The notes beneath the pieces are model-generated. The model had not been told where the DNA came from. It did no database searches and worked only from the letters and a program-made list of their open reading frames with translations. 64,000 nt of DNA, taken from Candidatus Hermodarchaeum yapensis. GTDB lineage: Archaea; Asgardarchaeota; Hermodarchaeia; Hermodarchaeales; Hermodarchaeaceae. Both the position numbers and the translations under genes were made by a program. This document shows, piece after piece, positions 1-8,737 of the stretch; the stretch's first letter is position 1, and each line of letters opens with the position of its first letter. The stretch lies in NCBI GenBank assembly GCA_016840405.1, contig JAEOSK010000001.1, positions 64,001 through 128,000 of the forward strand. The letters are read 5' to 3'.

Positions 1-2
1 TA

Positions 3-143
3 GTAAGGCGCGCCTCACAACGGCTTCATAATGCCTTAAACCAAGGTGTGATTAGGGACCTTAATGAAGTCCAAACACTGCTCCTCCACCCATTAGCAGT
101 AGTTGAAATGGAACGAGAGAAGTTCCTAATTGGAAAATCTTAA
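3..143 (+). CDS. possible 3' end of a CDS truncated by the window edge
   Basis: Open frame VRRASQRLHNALNQGVIRDLNEVQTLLLHPLAVVEMEREKFLIGKS* ending TAA at 141-143; no family recognised. Confidence 0.35.
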   Translation, partial: VRRASQRLHNALNQGVIRDLNEVQTLLLHPLAVVEMEREKFLIGKS

Positions 144-222
144 TCCATGTATTGGAATTTTGAACTTCATTGGCAGCTCTGATGTTGAATCGTGTATCTA
201 GTTTATTGGTATCTGGTTTTTG

Positions 223-900
223 TTAAATGGCGAAGTTTGGTGGGGCTCCAAGGGTAGTAAGAATGAAAAGAATTCCAACGAGCAAAGTGATGGAGAGAGG
301 AATCTCAAAGTAGCCCAGACTTTTTAGAGGTAGCAGAAACGATGTGTTTTCCTTGTATTTTGTGTAGGTGGCATCAAAGGTTTTGGTAAGGTGGGATTCT
401 TCGATGAGGGCAAGGGTGATATAGATTGCAAGTTGACCAAACCATAATGCAAGTGTGGCTTCGGGCGTGAGCCAGCCTATGCCAAACGTGTTCTTGAGGA
501 GATTATAGCTTATTGAAGTTAAGCCTAGGGTTAGAAGAATAAAGCCCGCATATTGGGGGTGGCGAATAAACCGGTACGGACCAGTAGTGACAAGCCCTTC
601 CTTTCGATGGGTATACAAGTAGATAATCGAATAAATTACAAGGATGAGCCCTGTAACAGCAACAATAGTTTCTAGAGGGTACATATGAATGCTCATTTGG
701 ATCCCTTCGAGGATTGCATTCGGGATGCTCCAAGGAAATTGTGATGCTAAAACAAGCAGGTAGAGAAATACTGGCATAGTCATTAATACAGGATATACAC
801 CCAAAGGAGGAATCTGTTGGAGGAGCAGAACGAGGTAGCCACTGACATTCAAGAAACCAGTTTTAATCTTCTTTAGAAATGACATTTTACGTCCCTTCAA
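223..900 (-). CDS. isoprenylcysteine carboxyl methyltransferase/PEMT-family membrane methyltransferase
   Basis: LVTTGPYRFIRHPQY motif, EESHL..F...Y..YK, multiple TM segments; ATG at 885 is a likely start. Confidence 0.8.
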   Translation of the reverse strand: MKGRKMSFLKKIKTGFLNVSGYLVLLLQQIPPLGVYPVLMTMPVFLYLLVLASQFPWSIPNAILEGIQMSIHMYPLETIVAVTGLILVIYSIIYLYTHRKEGLVTTGPYRFIRHPQYAGFILLTLGLTSISYNLLKNTFGIGWLTPEATLALWFGQLAIYITLALIEESHLTKTFDATYTKYKENTSFLLPLKSLGYFEIPLSITLLVGILFILTTLGAPPNFAI

Positions 901-986
901 ACAGAAGTTCTCTTACCTACACGAACCTATAATCCTAAAGTTTAGAACACACTGTTCAAGGGTTTAGCACAATTCGGAAAAAAGGA

Positions 987-1520
987 TCAAAATCTAAATT
1001 CCATGTGAATATCCTCTGGTTCCAATTCGAACAATTTCGGATCAATTACCTTGGCCAGTTGGAATCCACAACTCAAATAGAACTCGACAGTTTTCTTTGA
1101 TGGCGTTGCAGAAACATAGAGATTTTTTGCTCCCAGTGTTTTCGCGTTCTTTTTAACCAATTCAACTAGGTGTCTGCCAACACCTCGGTCTCGAAATGGT
1201 TGGCTGACCCAGAGAGCAGCGAGATTAAGACGATCCTTATTGCTCCCGAAGAACTCATGGTCAAGGGCAATAATTCCTGCAATTTTCGAACCCTTGAAGG
1301 CACCAATCACAGTGCCACCCCGGTGGTGGATGTCCAGTAATCGTTGGTGGTATTCTTGTTTCTGTTCTGTTGACCATTCAGGGATGTCCCAGTGTTCTTT
1401 TTCGAGTTCTAACTTGCTGTCCCGAAAATAGTAGATGTGTTCGATGACTTCGCGGCGATTGAGCTCTGCTACGCGGTGTAGCTCATCTTTGTGCATTTGT
1501 CGGTATTTCATTTCAGCCAA
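987..1520 (-). CDS. GNAT family N-acetyltransferase
   Basis: LWVSQPFRDRGVGRHL acetyl-CoA motif A; TVEFYLSCGF. Confidence 0.9.
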   Translation of the reverse strand: MAEMKYRQMHKDELHRVAELNRREVIEHIYYFRDSKLELEKEHWDIPEWSTEQKQEYHQRLLDIHHRGGTVIGAFKGSKIAGIIALDHEFFGSNKDRLNLAALWVSQPFRDRGVGRHLVELVKKNAKTLGAKNLYVSATPSKKTVEFYLSCGFQLAKVIDPKLFELEPEDIHMEFRF

Positions 1521-1717
1521 CTCAAAGGCTTCTTACTTCATCTAACTTAAAACCCCGACCATGCGTAGTGTTTTGCTGAAGATTTCTGACTTTGTCGGTT
1601 CGAAAAACCACTCAGTTACGGGTTTTAGCCGCAGTTTTTCTCATTTTCCGGTTTCCATGTAAATAAAAGGGAGATTAAACTAACAAAAGAGTAACTTTCC
1701 CATCGTGGTGATCTGTC

Positions 1718-2677
1718 TTGTCCTGGTGGCTTTCTTGGAGGCGGAAACAACATTCCGCATATGTATGTCTCATTGTTCTGACTTTGTTTTTTGGGTCCCT
1801 AGTTTCTGTGCTACCAAGAACCGTTGTAGCCCAACCACCCACCGATTTGGAGGGTGTTAATGTAGCGGTATATGGCATTGAGGAATATCATAGTAGCATC
1901 GTCAATAATAACCCGAGTTACAATGCAATGTGGAATATGTATTCTTGGATGAACGCTACCGTAGAACTAGTCGAAGGGGCTGATATTATCGCGGGGGCGT
2001 TAGCAAATTATGATCTTCTCGTCTTCCCTGCATGGGGACCAAATCACTACATTTGGGATGTAACCCAGGCTGGGATTATCCAAATACGCCAATATCTTGC
2101 TGCAGGTGGATCGTTGTTCAGTGTTTGTCGTGGCACAGAATTTGTGATACAAAATCTAGCCCTAATCGACGCCGAATTAGACTACATTACAGCCTACATG
2201 CCCCAATGTATGGATACACATACAGGGCCTCAATATCTAATGGAAATGACAGTCAACCGCGCCTCGACCGGTCCTGACCTCTCGGATGAACCCGAATCGT
2301 ATCGCCTCTTCTGTTCAGGTTCAGCTGCCTTCGTAGGCGCTGGTGTAGCCGATGCTATTCCAATCCTATCGTATCCGGATAATGGTGGATCTGGCATGAT
2401 TGTATTTCATTTTGGAGCGGGAACTGTTTGTCTGTGTACGCCTCATCCAGAGTTTGAAGAAGGTAGTGATCGGGATGGGGCTGTGTTCCGTGAAAGGCTG
2501 AATGATACTGATTCCGAGTGGGATTTGGTGCGAAAAGTGTCAAGTTGGCTTGTTGAAGCCTCACCGGATGTTCCTCCAGTAATGGTCCATTTACCAATTA
2601 TTGTGGCTGGAGTAATCGGGTTTGTTGTAGTAATTGGAGGCCTTTTCGTATTTATAAGAGTGAAAAGAGGAAATTAA
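1718..2677 (+). CDS. secreted, membrane-anchored BPL-N / class I glutamine amidotransferase-like protein
   Basis: Signal peptide; YDLLVFP..G, YLAAGGSLFSVCRG (nucleophile Cys), PHPE motif; C-terminal TM helix plus basic tail. Confidence 0.75.
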   Translation: MSWWLSWRRKQHSAYVCLIVLTLFFGSLVSVLPRTVVAQPPTDLEGVNVAVYGIEEYHSSIVNNNPSYNAMWNMYSWMNATVELVEGADIIAGALANYDLLVFPAWGPNHYIWDVTQAGIIQIRQYLAAGGSLFSVCRGTEFVIQNLALIDAELDYITAYMPQCMDTHTGPQYLMEMTVNRASTGPDLSDEPESYRLFCSGSAAFVGAGVADAIPILSYPDNGGSGMIVFHFGAGTVCLCTPHPEFEEGSDRDGAVFRERLNDTDSEWDLVRKVSSWLVEASPDVPPVMVHLPIIVAGVIGFVVVIGGLFVFIRVKRGN

Positions 2678-2781
2678 TCGAACTATTCAGTTACCTTCAT
2701 CAGCATTTCTTCCCTCTATAAGGAAGATTAATGAGTCCACAGAACTGGTTGGCGTTTATCCCTTCTCTTTGACAATGCTCT

Positions 2782-3594
2782 TTGTTATGGGTGATATTAG
2801 TGATAGAAAAAGGTCGAACCTTCCTCAAGGCTACAGACCATGAGAAACTCGTGAAATTAGAAGAGAAACATCCTGAACTTCTTCCCGATCAAATGAAAAA
2901 AATCCCTCCTCCTCCGTATCAGAAGAATTATCCCAAGGATGCAGAGCTCATCGACTTGGTGGCACCCAAAGACTTCACCATTGGCCAAATCCCGTTAATT
3001 GATGCCATAAACCGTCGTAAAAGTCATCGAGGGTTCACGAAAGAATCCCTTACAATCGAAGAATTGTCCTTCTTACTATGGGCCACGCAAGGTATTCGGG
3101 AAATCAAAGTAGATCATCGCCATGGTAAAGTTGAGACCACTAAACGCACCGTTCCTTCTGGTGGTTCACGACATCCCTATGAAACCTATCTTCTGGTGAA
3201 TCGTGTCGATGGACTTCAACCCGGAATTTATCGTTATCTGGCTATTGAACACAAACTTTACTGCGTGGCGCCTGGAGAACCTGACTTCTCGGATCGAATG
3301 ACCAAAATCTGTGGGGGTCAAACGTTTGCAGGACGCGGAGCCGTCGTCTTTATTTGGGCTATCATTCCGTATCGAATCGAATGGCGCTATAGCATTGCTG
3401 CACACAAAGGAGCAGCAATTGAAGCTGGGCACATTTGCCAAAATCTCTATTTGACCTGTGAAGCCATTGGAGCTGGAACATGTGCTATCGCGGCCTACAA
3501 TCAAAAATCTGCGGATGCTTTCATCGGCGTTGACGGCAAAGACGAATTTACTGTCTACATTTCGTCCGTGGGGAAAATTCCACAGCAAAAATGA
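2782..3594 (+). CDS. SagB/ThcOx-family dehydrogenase (nitroreductase fold)
   Basis: RRKSHR, LSFLLWATQG, RTVPSGGSRHPYETY, EAGHICQNLYL motifs. Confidence 0.9.
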   Translation: MLWVILVIEKGRTFLKATDHEKLVKLEEKHPELLPDQMKKIPPPPYQKNYPKDAELIDLVAPKDFTIGQIPLIDAINRRKSHRGFTKESLTIEELSFLLWATQGIREIKVDHRHGKVETTKRTVPSGGSRHPYETYLLVNRVDGLQPGIYRYLAIEHKLYCVAPGEPDFSDRMTKICGGQTFAGRGAVVFIWAIIPYRIEWRYSIAAHKGAAIEAGHICQNLYLTCEAIGAGTCAIAAYNQKSADAFIGVDGKDEFTVYISSVGKIPQQK

Positions 3595-3655
3595 GTAATT
3601 TACCAAGCGGAACTGGTAGATACAAATTAACAGCTTTAAGAGAGATACCGGATTA

Positions 3656-4045
3656 TTGGTTGATGTGGTTTCTATGCCGCGAGTTATTGATTTTGAAATT
3701 CCTGCAGATGATGTAGAACGAATTACAAAGTTCTACAAGACCGTGTTTGGATGGAAGGTAAAAAAATGGAAGGGCCCGGTTGATCATTGGTTTCTGGTAA
3801 CTGGTGACGACGCTGAGCCTGGAATAAACGGTTCCTTTGCTAAGCGAGAAGACTTTCCTGAAGGAACCACAGTGAATGTTATAGGCGTTGACAATGTGGA
3901 CAAATATGCTTTGCTGGTGAAAACGAATGGAGGGACGCTTGTCGGGGAAAAAATCACGATACCAAAGGTTGGCTATTATCAGTATTTTAAGGATACAGAA
4001 GGAAATCTCATGGGAATGATGCAATACGATACGCCAGTAAATTAA
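3656..4045 (+). CDS. VOC/glyoxalase family protein
   Basis: FEIPADDVER..KFY..VFGW, PGINGS, FKDTEGN; real start probably MPRVIDFEI. Confidence 0.9.
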   Translation: MVDVVSMPRVIDFEIPADDVERITKFYKTVFGWKVKKWKGPVDHWFLVTGDDAEPGINGSFAKREDFPEGTTVNVIGVDNVDKYALLVKTNGGTLVGEKITIPKVGYYQYFKDTEGNLMGMMQYDTPVN

Positions 4046-4057
4046 TCATCCAAATCG

Positions 4058-4645
4058 GTGGAGCTGATGTCCGGGATAGTATCAGGCCTTCCTGAAAAAC
4101 TGGAGAGTCAACGTCTACTGATACGAAGATACTCGGAAGGAGATGGAATAGCGCTTTTCGCATTCTTGGAACGCAACAATAACCGAGAATTTCTCTTCCC
4201 CAATGTCGAAGAAGTTGCCATAATTAAGACAATAGAAGAAGCGGAAACTAAGGTGCAAAAACATGCAGCAGAGTGGGACTCCCGAAAACGTTTCGTGTTG
4301 GGTATCTGGGACAAAAAGACCAATATTTACATTGGTGAGATCTGGATTGAACCCAAAATATGGGGTGTCCCCTCTTTTGAGCTTGGCTGGTTCTTGGGTC
4401 AGGGATACCTTGGAAAAGGCTTTGCGACGGAAGCCGCACAGCGTTCCTTGGAATTTCTCTTCCATGACTTGGGAGCACATAAAGTAATTGTCATAACCCG
4501 TGATACTAATCATCCGAGTATCAAACTCGCTGAACGACTTGGATTTAAAAAAGAGGGACATTTACGTGAAGCACGAATCGAGCATGGAACTCGTTATGGC
4601 CTTGTTTACTATGGCTTGTTAAAAACAGAATTCACAAGTTCCTAA
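4058..4645 (+). CDS. GNAT family acetyltransferase (RimJ/RimL type)
   Basis: LESQRLLIR, ELGWFL...YLGKGFATEA, N..S..LAERLGFKKEGHLR. Confidence 0.9.
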   Translation: MELMSGIVSGLPEKLESQRLLIRRYSEGDGIALFAFLERNNNREFLFPNVEEVAIIKTIEEAETKVQKHAAEWDSRKRFVLGIWDKKTNIYIGEIWIEPKIWGVPSFELGWFLGQGYLGKGFATEAAQRSLEFLFHDLGAHKVIVITRDTNHPSIKLAERLGFKKEGHLREARIEHGTRYGLVYYGLLKTEFTSS

Positions 4646-4673
4646 TTTCTGAAAATAGTACCCCCTTCTCGTT

Positions 4674-4709
4674 GAAAATCGTACTTACCGGTTCCCGTTC
4701 ATAAAAATA
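4674..4709 (+). promoter_or_regulatory. conserved 36-bp upstream element, copy 1
   Basis: GAAAATCGTACTTACCGGTTCCCGTTCATAAAAATA; 34/36 identical to copies 2 and 3; ends in a TATA-like CATAAAAATA. Confidence 0.75.
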
Positions 4710-5920
4710 TGAGAAAACATCTTCATTGGTCAATCCTACTGGTGCTACTGAAAATGTTGAGGACTAAACGTTGGATACTGATATTAATTCCAATAATACT
4801 TGCATCAACAATTTCACCTGTGACTAGCACACTTTCTTCGCCAATCCAAAGACGTGATTATTGGCCCAATATGGGGTGGCGATTATTACACCCTGAGGCG
4901 CAAGGTATGAATTCAACTCGATTGAACGAATTTTGGAACTATATGTATACAGAAGCACTTCTGGGAGGATTCTTGCTTATCCGTAACGGGTATCTGATTT
5001 ATGAAGCGTTCTATCCTGGTGTGGGCGCAGATCACCTCTGGAGTGTTGTTTCAGTTGCAAAAAGTGTTACTGCGACAGCTCTTGGTGTTGCCCTAGCAGA
5101 GGGATACGTTACGGGTATCAATGCTTCCGTCTTAGACTTCTTTCCAGACCGAACAATAGCAAATCTGGATCCACGCAAGGATGCTATGACAATTCGGCAT
5201 CTGCTCACTATGTCCGCTGGGTTTGAATCCCAACTTGAGCAAATTGTTCTTCCAAATGACTGGATACAATACCTTCTCGATTTGCCTATGATCCACGAAC
5301 CTGGAGAAGTCTGGAACTTTGACGGTGGTTGTTCACATCTCATCTCGGCAATCATCACACAAACAACAAGTCTACCCATGGCAGAATACGCTCAAATCCG
5401 ACTCTTTGGGCCAATGGGGATTTCCAATTATGAATGGGATGCAGACCCACAAGGGAACACGATGGGATTTGGACATTTAACTATGAATTTACGGGATTTA
5501 GCCAAAATTGGGTTTCTGTACTTGAATAATGGAACTTGGGGTCCTTTCCAACTAGTCCCCTCAGAATGGGTGATTGAATGTACCCAGACACACTTTCTTT
5601 TACCAGATGGTGTTGGTTATGGGTATCAGTGGTGGGTTGATCCCGCCATTTCAGGATATTCTATGCGTGGGACAGGTGGGATTCGCGTTTTTGTACTTCC
5701 CGAACAGGACATAGTCCTCGTATTTGCTGGCGCATCGGTCTTTGGCATTCTTGACTATTATTCTGCCTTTGAGGAATTTCTTTATCCCGCAATCATTGGT
5801 GACCCTGTTAGTTACCCACAATCGGTAACCGAACAAATTTTACCTTTCGTGATTGTACTCCTTGTTGTTGTGATCCCAATTGTAATTGTTAATAAGTCCC
5901 GACGAGGAAAACGGTCTTGA
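4709..5920 (+). CDS. beta-lactamase class C-like serine hydrolase, membrane-anchored (paralogue 1)
   Basis: SVAKS (SxxK), TIRHLLTMSAG, RDLAKIGFLYLNNG, YGYQWW; signal peptide and C-terminal TM; likely start ATG 4754 (MLRTKRW). Confidence 0.9.
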   Translation: MRKHLHWSILLVLLKMLRTKRWILILIPIILASTISPVTSTLSSPIQRRDYWPNMGWRLLHPEAQGMNSTRLNEFWNYMYTEALLGGFLLIRNGYLIYEAFYPGVGADHLWSVVSVAKSVTATALGVALAEGYVTGINASVLDFFPDRTIANLDPRKDAMTIRHLLTMSAGFESQLEQIVLPNDWIQYLLDLPMIHEPGEVWNFDGGCSHLISAIITQTTSLPMAEYAQIRLFGPMGISNYEWDADPQGNTMGFGHLTMNLRDLAKIGFLYLNNGTWGPFQLVPSEWVIECTQTHFLLPDGVGYGYQWWVDPAISGYSMRGTGGIRVFVLPEQDIVLVFAGASVFGILDYYSAFEEFLYPAIIGDPVSYPQSVTEQILPFVIVLLVVVIPIVIVNKSRRGKRS

Positions 5921-6005
5921 ACCCATATTGATCTTTCCTAAGGTCGAATGCCAAAAAAAGAATTCAAGAGTTACAGTTTTGACGCGATATCTACTCAAGG
6001 TTGTT

Positions 6006-6041
6006 GAAAATCGTACCTGCCGGTTCCCGTTCATAAAAATA
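6006..6041 (+). promoter_or_regulatory. conserved 36-bp upstream element, copy 2
   Basis: GAAAATCGTACCTGCCGGTTCCCGTTCATAAAAATA. Confidence 0.75.
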
Positions 6042-6058
6042 CCTGGTGAACTCTTTGT

Positions 6059-7252
6059 GTGATATCCTTGTGGATGTTGCTGAAGATGTCAATTCAGAAG
6101 AATTGGGTTCTCACTTTGATTCCATTAATATTAGTCTCCCTATTCTCACCGGTTGCAGGAACCCAAATTTTTCCTGTGCAGGGTCGTGATTATTGGCCTA
6201 CAACAGGTTGGCGAATGGCACCACCTGAATCTCAAGGAATGAGTTCCGCCCAGTTAGACGAGTTTTGGGACCAAATGAATGAAGGAGCTGATTTGGGAGG
6301 ATTTGTGCTTATTCGAAACGGGTATCTGTTGTATGAAGTCTATTATCCTGGTGTAGGACCAGAGTATCTATGGAGGCTTGCCTCGATAGCCAAGAGTTTT
6401 ACAGCGGGTGTCCTCGGGGTCGCAATGGCTGATGGCTACATTACAAGTATTAACAACTCTGTTTTGGACTATTTTTCTGATCGAACTTTTGCGAATCCGG
6501 ATCCGCGCAAGGATGCTATGACAATTCGGCATCTCCTCACTATGTCCTCCGGATTTGAATCTAATGCCGCAACAATGGGTTTTAGCTCAGACTGGGTGCA
6601 ATATCTTCTCGATTTACCCATGATTCGTGAACCCGGAGAAGTCTGGAGGTATGACGGAGGGTGTCCGCATCTCATTTCAGCAATAATTAGTAAATCAACG
6701 GGAATATCTATGCTCGATTTGGCTCGAGAAAAGCTTTTTACCCCGATGGGAATTTCTAATTTTGAGTGGGATGCAGACCCACAAGGCAATACAATCGGAT
6801 TTGGGAACCTCGCTTTGAGTCTACGGGATTTAGCCAAATTCGGCTATCTGTATTTGAATAATGGTTCTTGGGGGCCTTTTCAGCTACTTCCCGCCGAATG
6901 GGTGACCGAATGTACTAAAGCACATTTTCTGTTTTCTAATGGCTATGGTTATGGCTATCAATGGTGGGTTGATCCGATAATTTCGGGGTACTCTATGCGT
7001 GGGGCTGGTGGTCTGCGAGTATTCATACTGCCGAAACAGGACCTTGTCCTTGCAATTGCTGGCGCAATCAGGTACACTTATTTAGATTTCTACTCGGTCT
7101 TTGAGGAATATCTCTTTCCTGCAATAATTGGTGACACTATTAATTACACACCATCAGTTGGGGAACAAATCTTTCCATTCATAGTAGTTCTTCTACTTAC
7201 TGTGATTCCAGTTATTGTCGGTAACATGTATCAACAAAGAAAACGGCATTAA
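6059..7252 (+). CDS. beta-lactamase class C-like serine hydrolase, membrane-anchored (paralogue 2)
   Basis: SIAKS, WRYDGG, same architecture as paralogue 1; likely start ATG 6086. Confidence 0.9.
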   Translation: MISLWMLLKMSIQKNWVLTLIPLILVSLFSPVAGTQIFPVQGRDYWPTTGWRMAPPESQGMSSAQLDEFWDQMNEGADLGGFVLIRNGYLLYEVYYPGVGPEYLWRLASIAKSFTAGVLGVAMADGYITSINNSVLDYFSDRTFANPDPRKDAMTIRHLLTMSSGFESNAATMGFSSDWVQYLLDLPMIREPGEVWRYDGGCPHLISAIISKSTGISMLDLAREKLFTPMGISNFEWDADPQGNTIGFGNLALSLRDLAKFGYLYLNNGSWGPFQLLPAEWVTECTKAHFLFSNGYGYGYQWWVDPIISGYSMRGAGGLRVFILPKQDLVLAIAGAIRYTYLDFYSVFEEYLFPAIIGDTINYTPSVGEQIFPFIVVLLLTVIPVIVGNMYQQRKRH

Positions 7253-7265
7253 ATACCATTTTGTT

Positions 7266-7310
7266 CTTGCTTTTTATGGGATGCTGAAAACAGAATTTGC
7301 TGGTTACTAA
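7266..7310 (+). pseudogene. relic of the GNAT gene 3' end
   Basis: Translates LAFYGMLKTEFAGY* versus LVYYGLLKTEFTSS* at 4601-4645, at the same distance from the 36-bp element. Confidence 0.7.
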
Positions 7311-7338
7311 ACTGTTAAGAAATTCTCTAACACAAGTC

Positions 7339-7374
7339 GAAAATCGTACCTGCCGGTTCCCGTTCATAAAAATA
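7339..7374 (+). promoter_or_regulatory. conserved 36-bp upstream element, copy 3
   Basis: Identical to copy 2. Confidence 0.75.
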
Positions 7375-7405
7375 TATGATAAACCTTCTCTGGTTCACCT
7401 AACGG

Positions 7406-8581
7406 GTGCTGCTATACATGTCAACACAGAAGAATTGGATTCTCGTTCTAATCCCCCTGGTCTTGGCCTCAGTAATCACACCTGTAACCAGCACCCACTT
7501 TACACCCATTCAAGATCGTGATTATTGGCCCACCGCTGGATGGCGAATACAACCACCTGAATCTCAAGGAATGAATTCTACTCGACTAGACGAATTTTGG
7601 AATCACATACACCCAATAGATGGACTAACAGGTTTTCTGCTAATCCGTAATGGATACCTGTTGTATGAAGCTTACTGGCCAAACTTAGGACCAGACACTC
7701 TTGGGACAGTAGCATCAATTACCAAAAGCATTTCCGCAACAATCCTCGGTGCTGCGATAGCAGATGGTTATGTCACAAGCGTCAATGATTCGGTCTTGGA
7801 CTATTTTACAGACCGAACTATTGCAAACCCGAGTCCACAGAAAGACGCTATGACCATATGGCATTTGCTCACGATGTCCTCGGGATTTGAGTCTAGTGCA
7901 CAAACAATGGGATTGGCGCCAGACTGGATTCAGTATGTCCTCGATTTACCAATGGTCAACGATCCAGGAGCGGTTTGGAACTATGATGCTGGTTGTTCAC
8001 ATCTCATCTCGGCAATCATTTCCCAAACCACAGGTATGTCTATGGCGACGTATGCTCAAGCTCGGGTTTTGGGACCGATGGGAATCTCGGTTTATGAATG
8101 GCCCACAGATCCACAAGGAATAACAACGGGATTTGGAGGGCTAGAATTAAAATTACGAGACTTAGCAAAATTTGGCTACCTATTCTTGAATAATGGTACC
8201 TGGGGTCCTTTTCAAATTATACCCACAGAATGGGTGGCGGCCTGCACTCACTCATACTTTAATTTCACTATTGATGGTTATGGGTACCAGTGGTGGGTTG
8301 ATCCAGAACTCTCTGGATATTCCATGCGTGGGGCTGGTGGAAAGCGAGTTTTTATTCTTCCTGAACAAGACCTTGTACTCGTCTTTGCTGGAGCTACCAC
8401 CTATAGCATTTTAGACTTCTATTCGCTCTTCGAGGAATTTCTTTATCCCGCCATCATCGGAGATACCACTAGTTTACAGCAACCCGTTCAAGAGCAGGTT
8501 TTACCATTCGTGCTCGTACTCCTGATAATCATCATCCCACTTGTCGTAGGAACCAAGTACATACAAAGAAAACGGTCCTAA
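7406..8581 (+). CDS. beta-lactamase class C-like serine hydrolase, membrane-anchored (paralogue 3)
   Basis: SITKS, WNYDAG, same architecture; likely start ATG 7418. Confidence 0.9.
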   Translation: MLLYMSTQKNWILVLIPLVLASVITPVTSTHFTPIQDRDYWPTAGWRIQPPESQGMNSTRLDEFWNHIHPIDGLTGFLLIRNGYLLYEAYWPNLGPDTLGTVASITKSISATILGAAIADGYVTSVNDSVLDYFTDRTIANPSPQKDAMTIWHLLTMSSGFESSAQTMGLAPDWIQYVLDLPMVNDPGAVWNYDAGCSHLISAIISQTTGMSMATYAQARVLGPMGISVYEWPTDPQGITTGFGGLELKLRDLAKFGYLFLNNGTWGPFQIIPTEWVAACTHSYFNFTIDGYGYQWWVDPELSGYSMRGAGGKRVFILPEQDLVLVFAGATTYSILDFYSLFEEFLYPAIIGDTTSLQQPVQEQVLPFVLVLLIIIIPLVVGTKYIQRKRS

Positions 8582-8737
8582 AACACAATTGATACTGTTC
8601 AGTATATCGGAACGAATACGTCGCCTACTCTAGATGTGTAAAAACCTTTTTCTGCGCCCCCTCCAAACCTTGATTGAAGCCAAGGCGACAGACTCCTTAC
8701 GGTCGACTCAAGTTCCTTTGCTAGAAGGTGTGTTAGT

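Noticed and set aside
1547-1628. Inverted repeats (TAAAACCC/GGGTTTTA, CCGAC/GTCGG) as an ncRNA or MITE
   Set aside because: Short, single-copy in the window and compatible with a divergent promoter region.
2782-3594. RiPP (azole) biosynthetic cluster around the SagB-like gene
   Set aside because: No YcaO or precursor peptide nearby; stand-alone SagB-like genes are common in archaea.
4674-7374. 36-bp repeats as a CRISPR array
   Set aside because: Copies are about 1.33 kb apart, each precedes a paralogous gene, and no cas genes are present.
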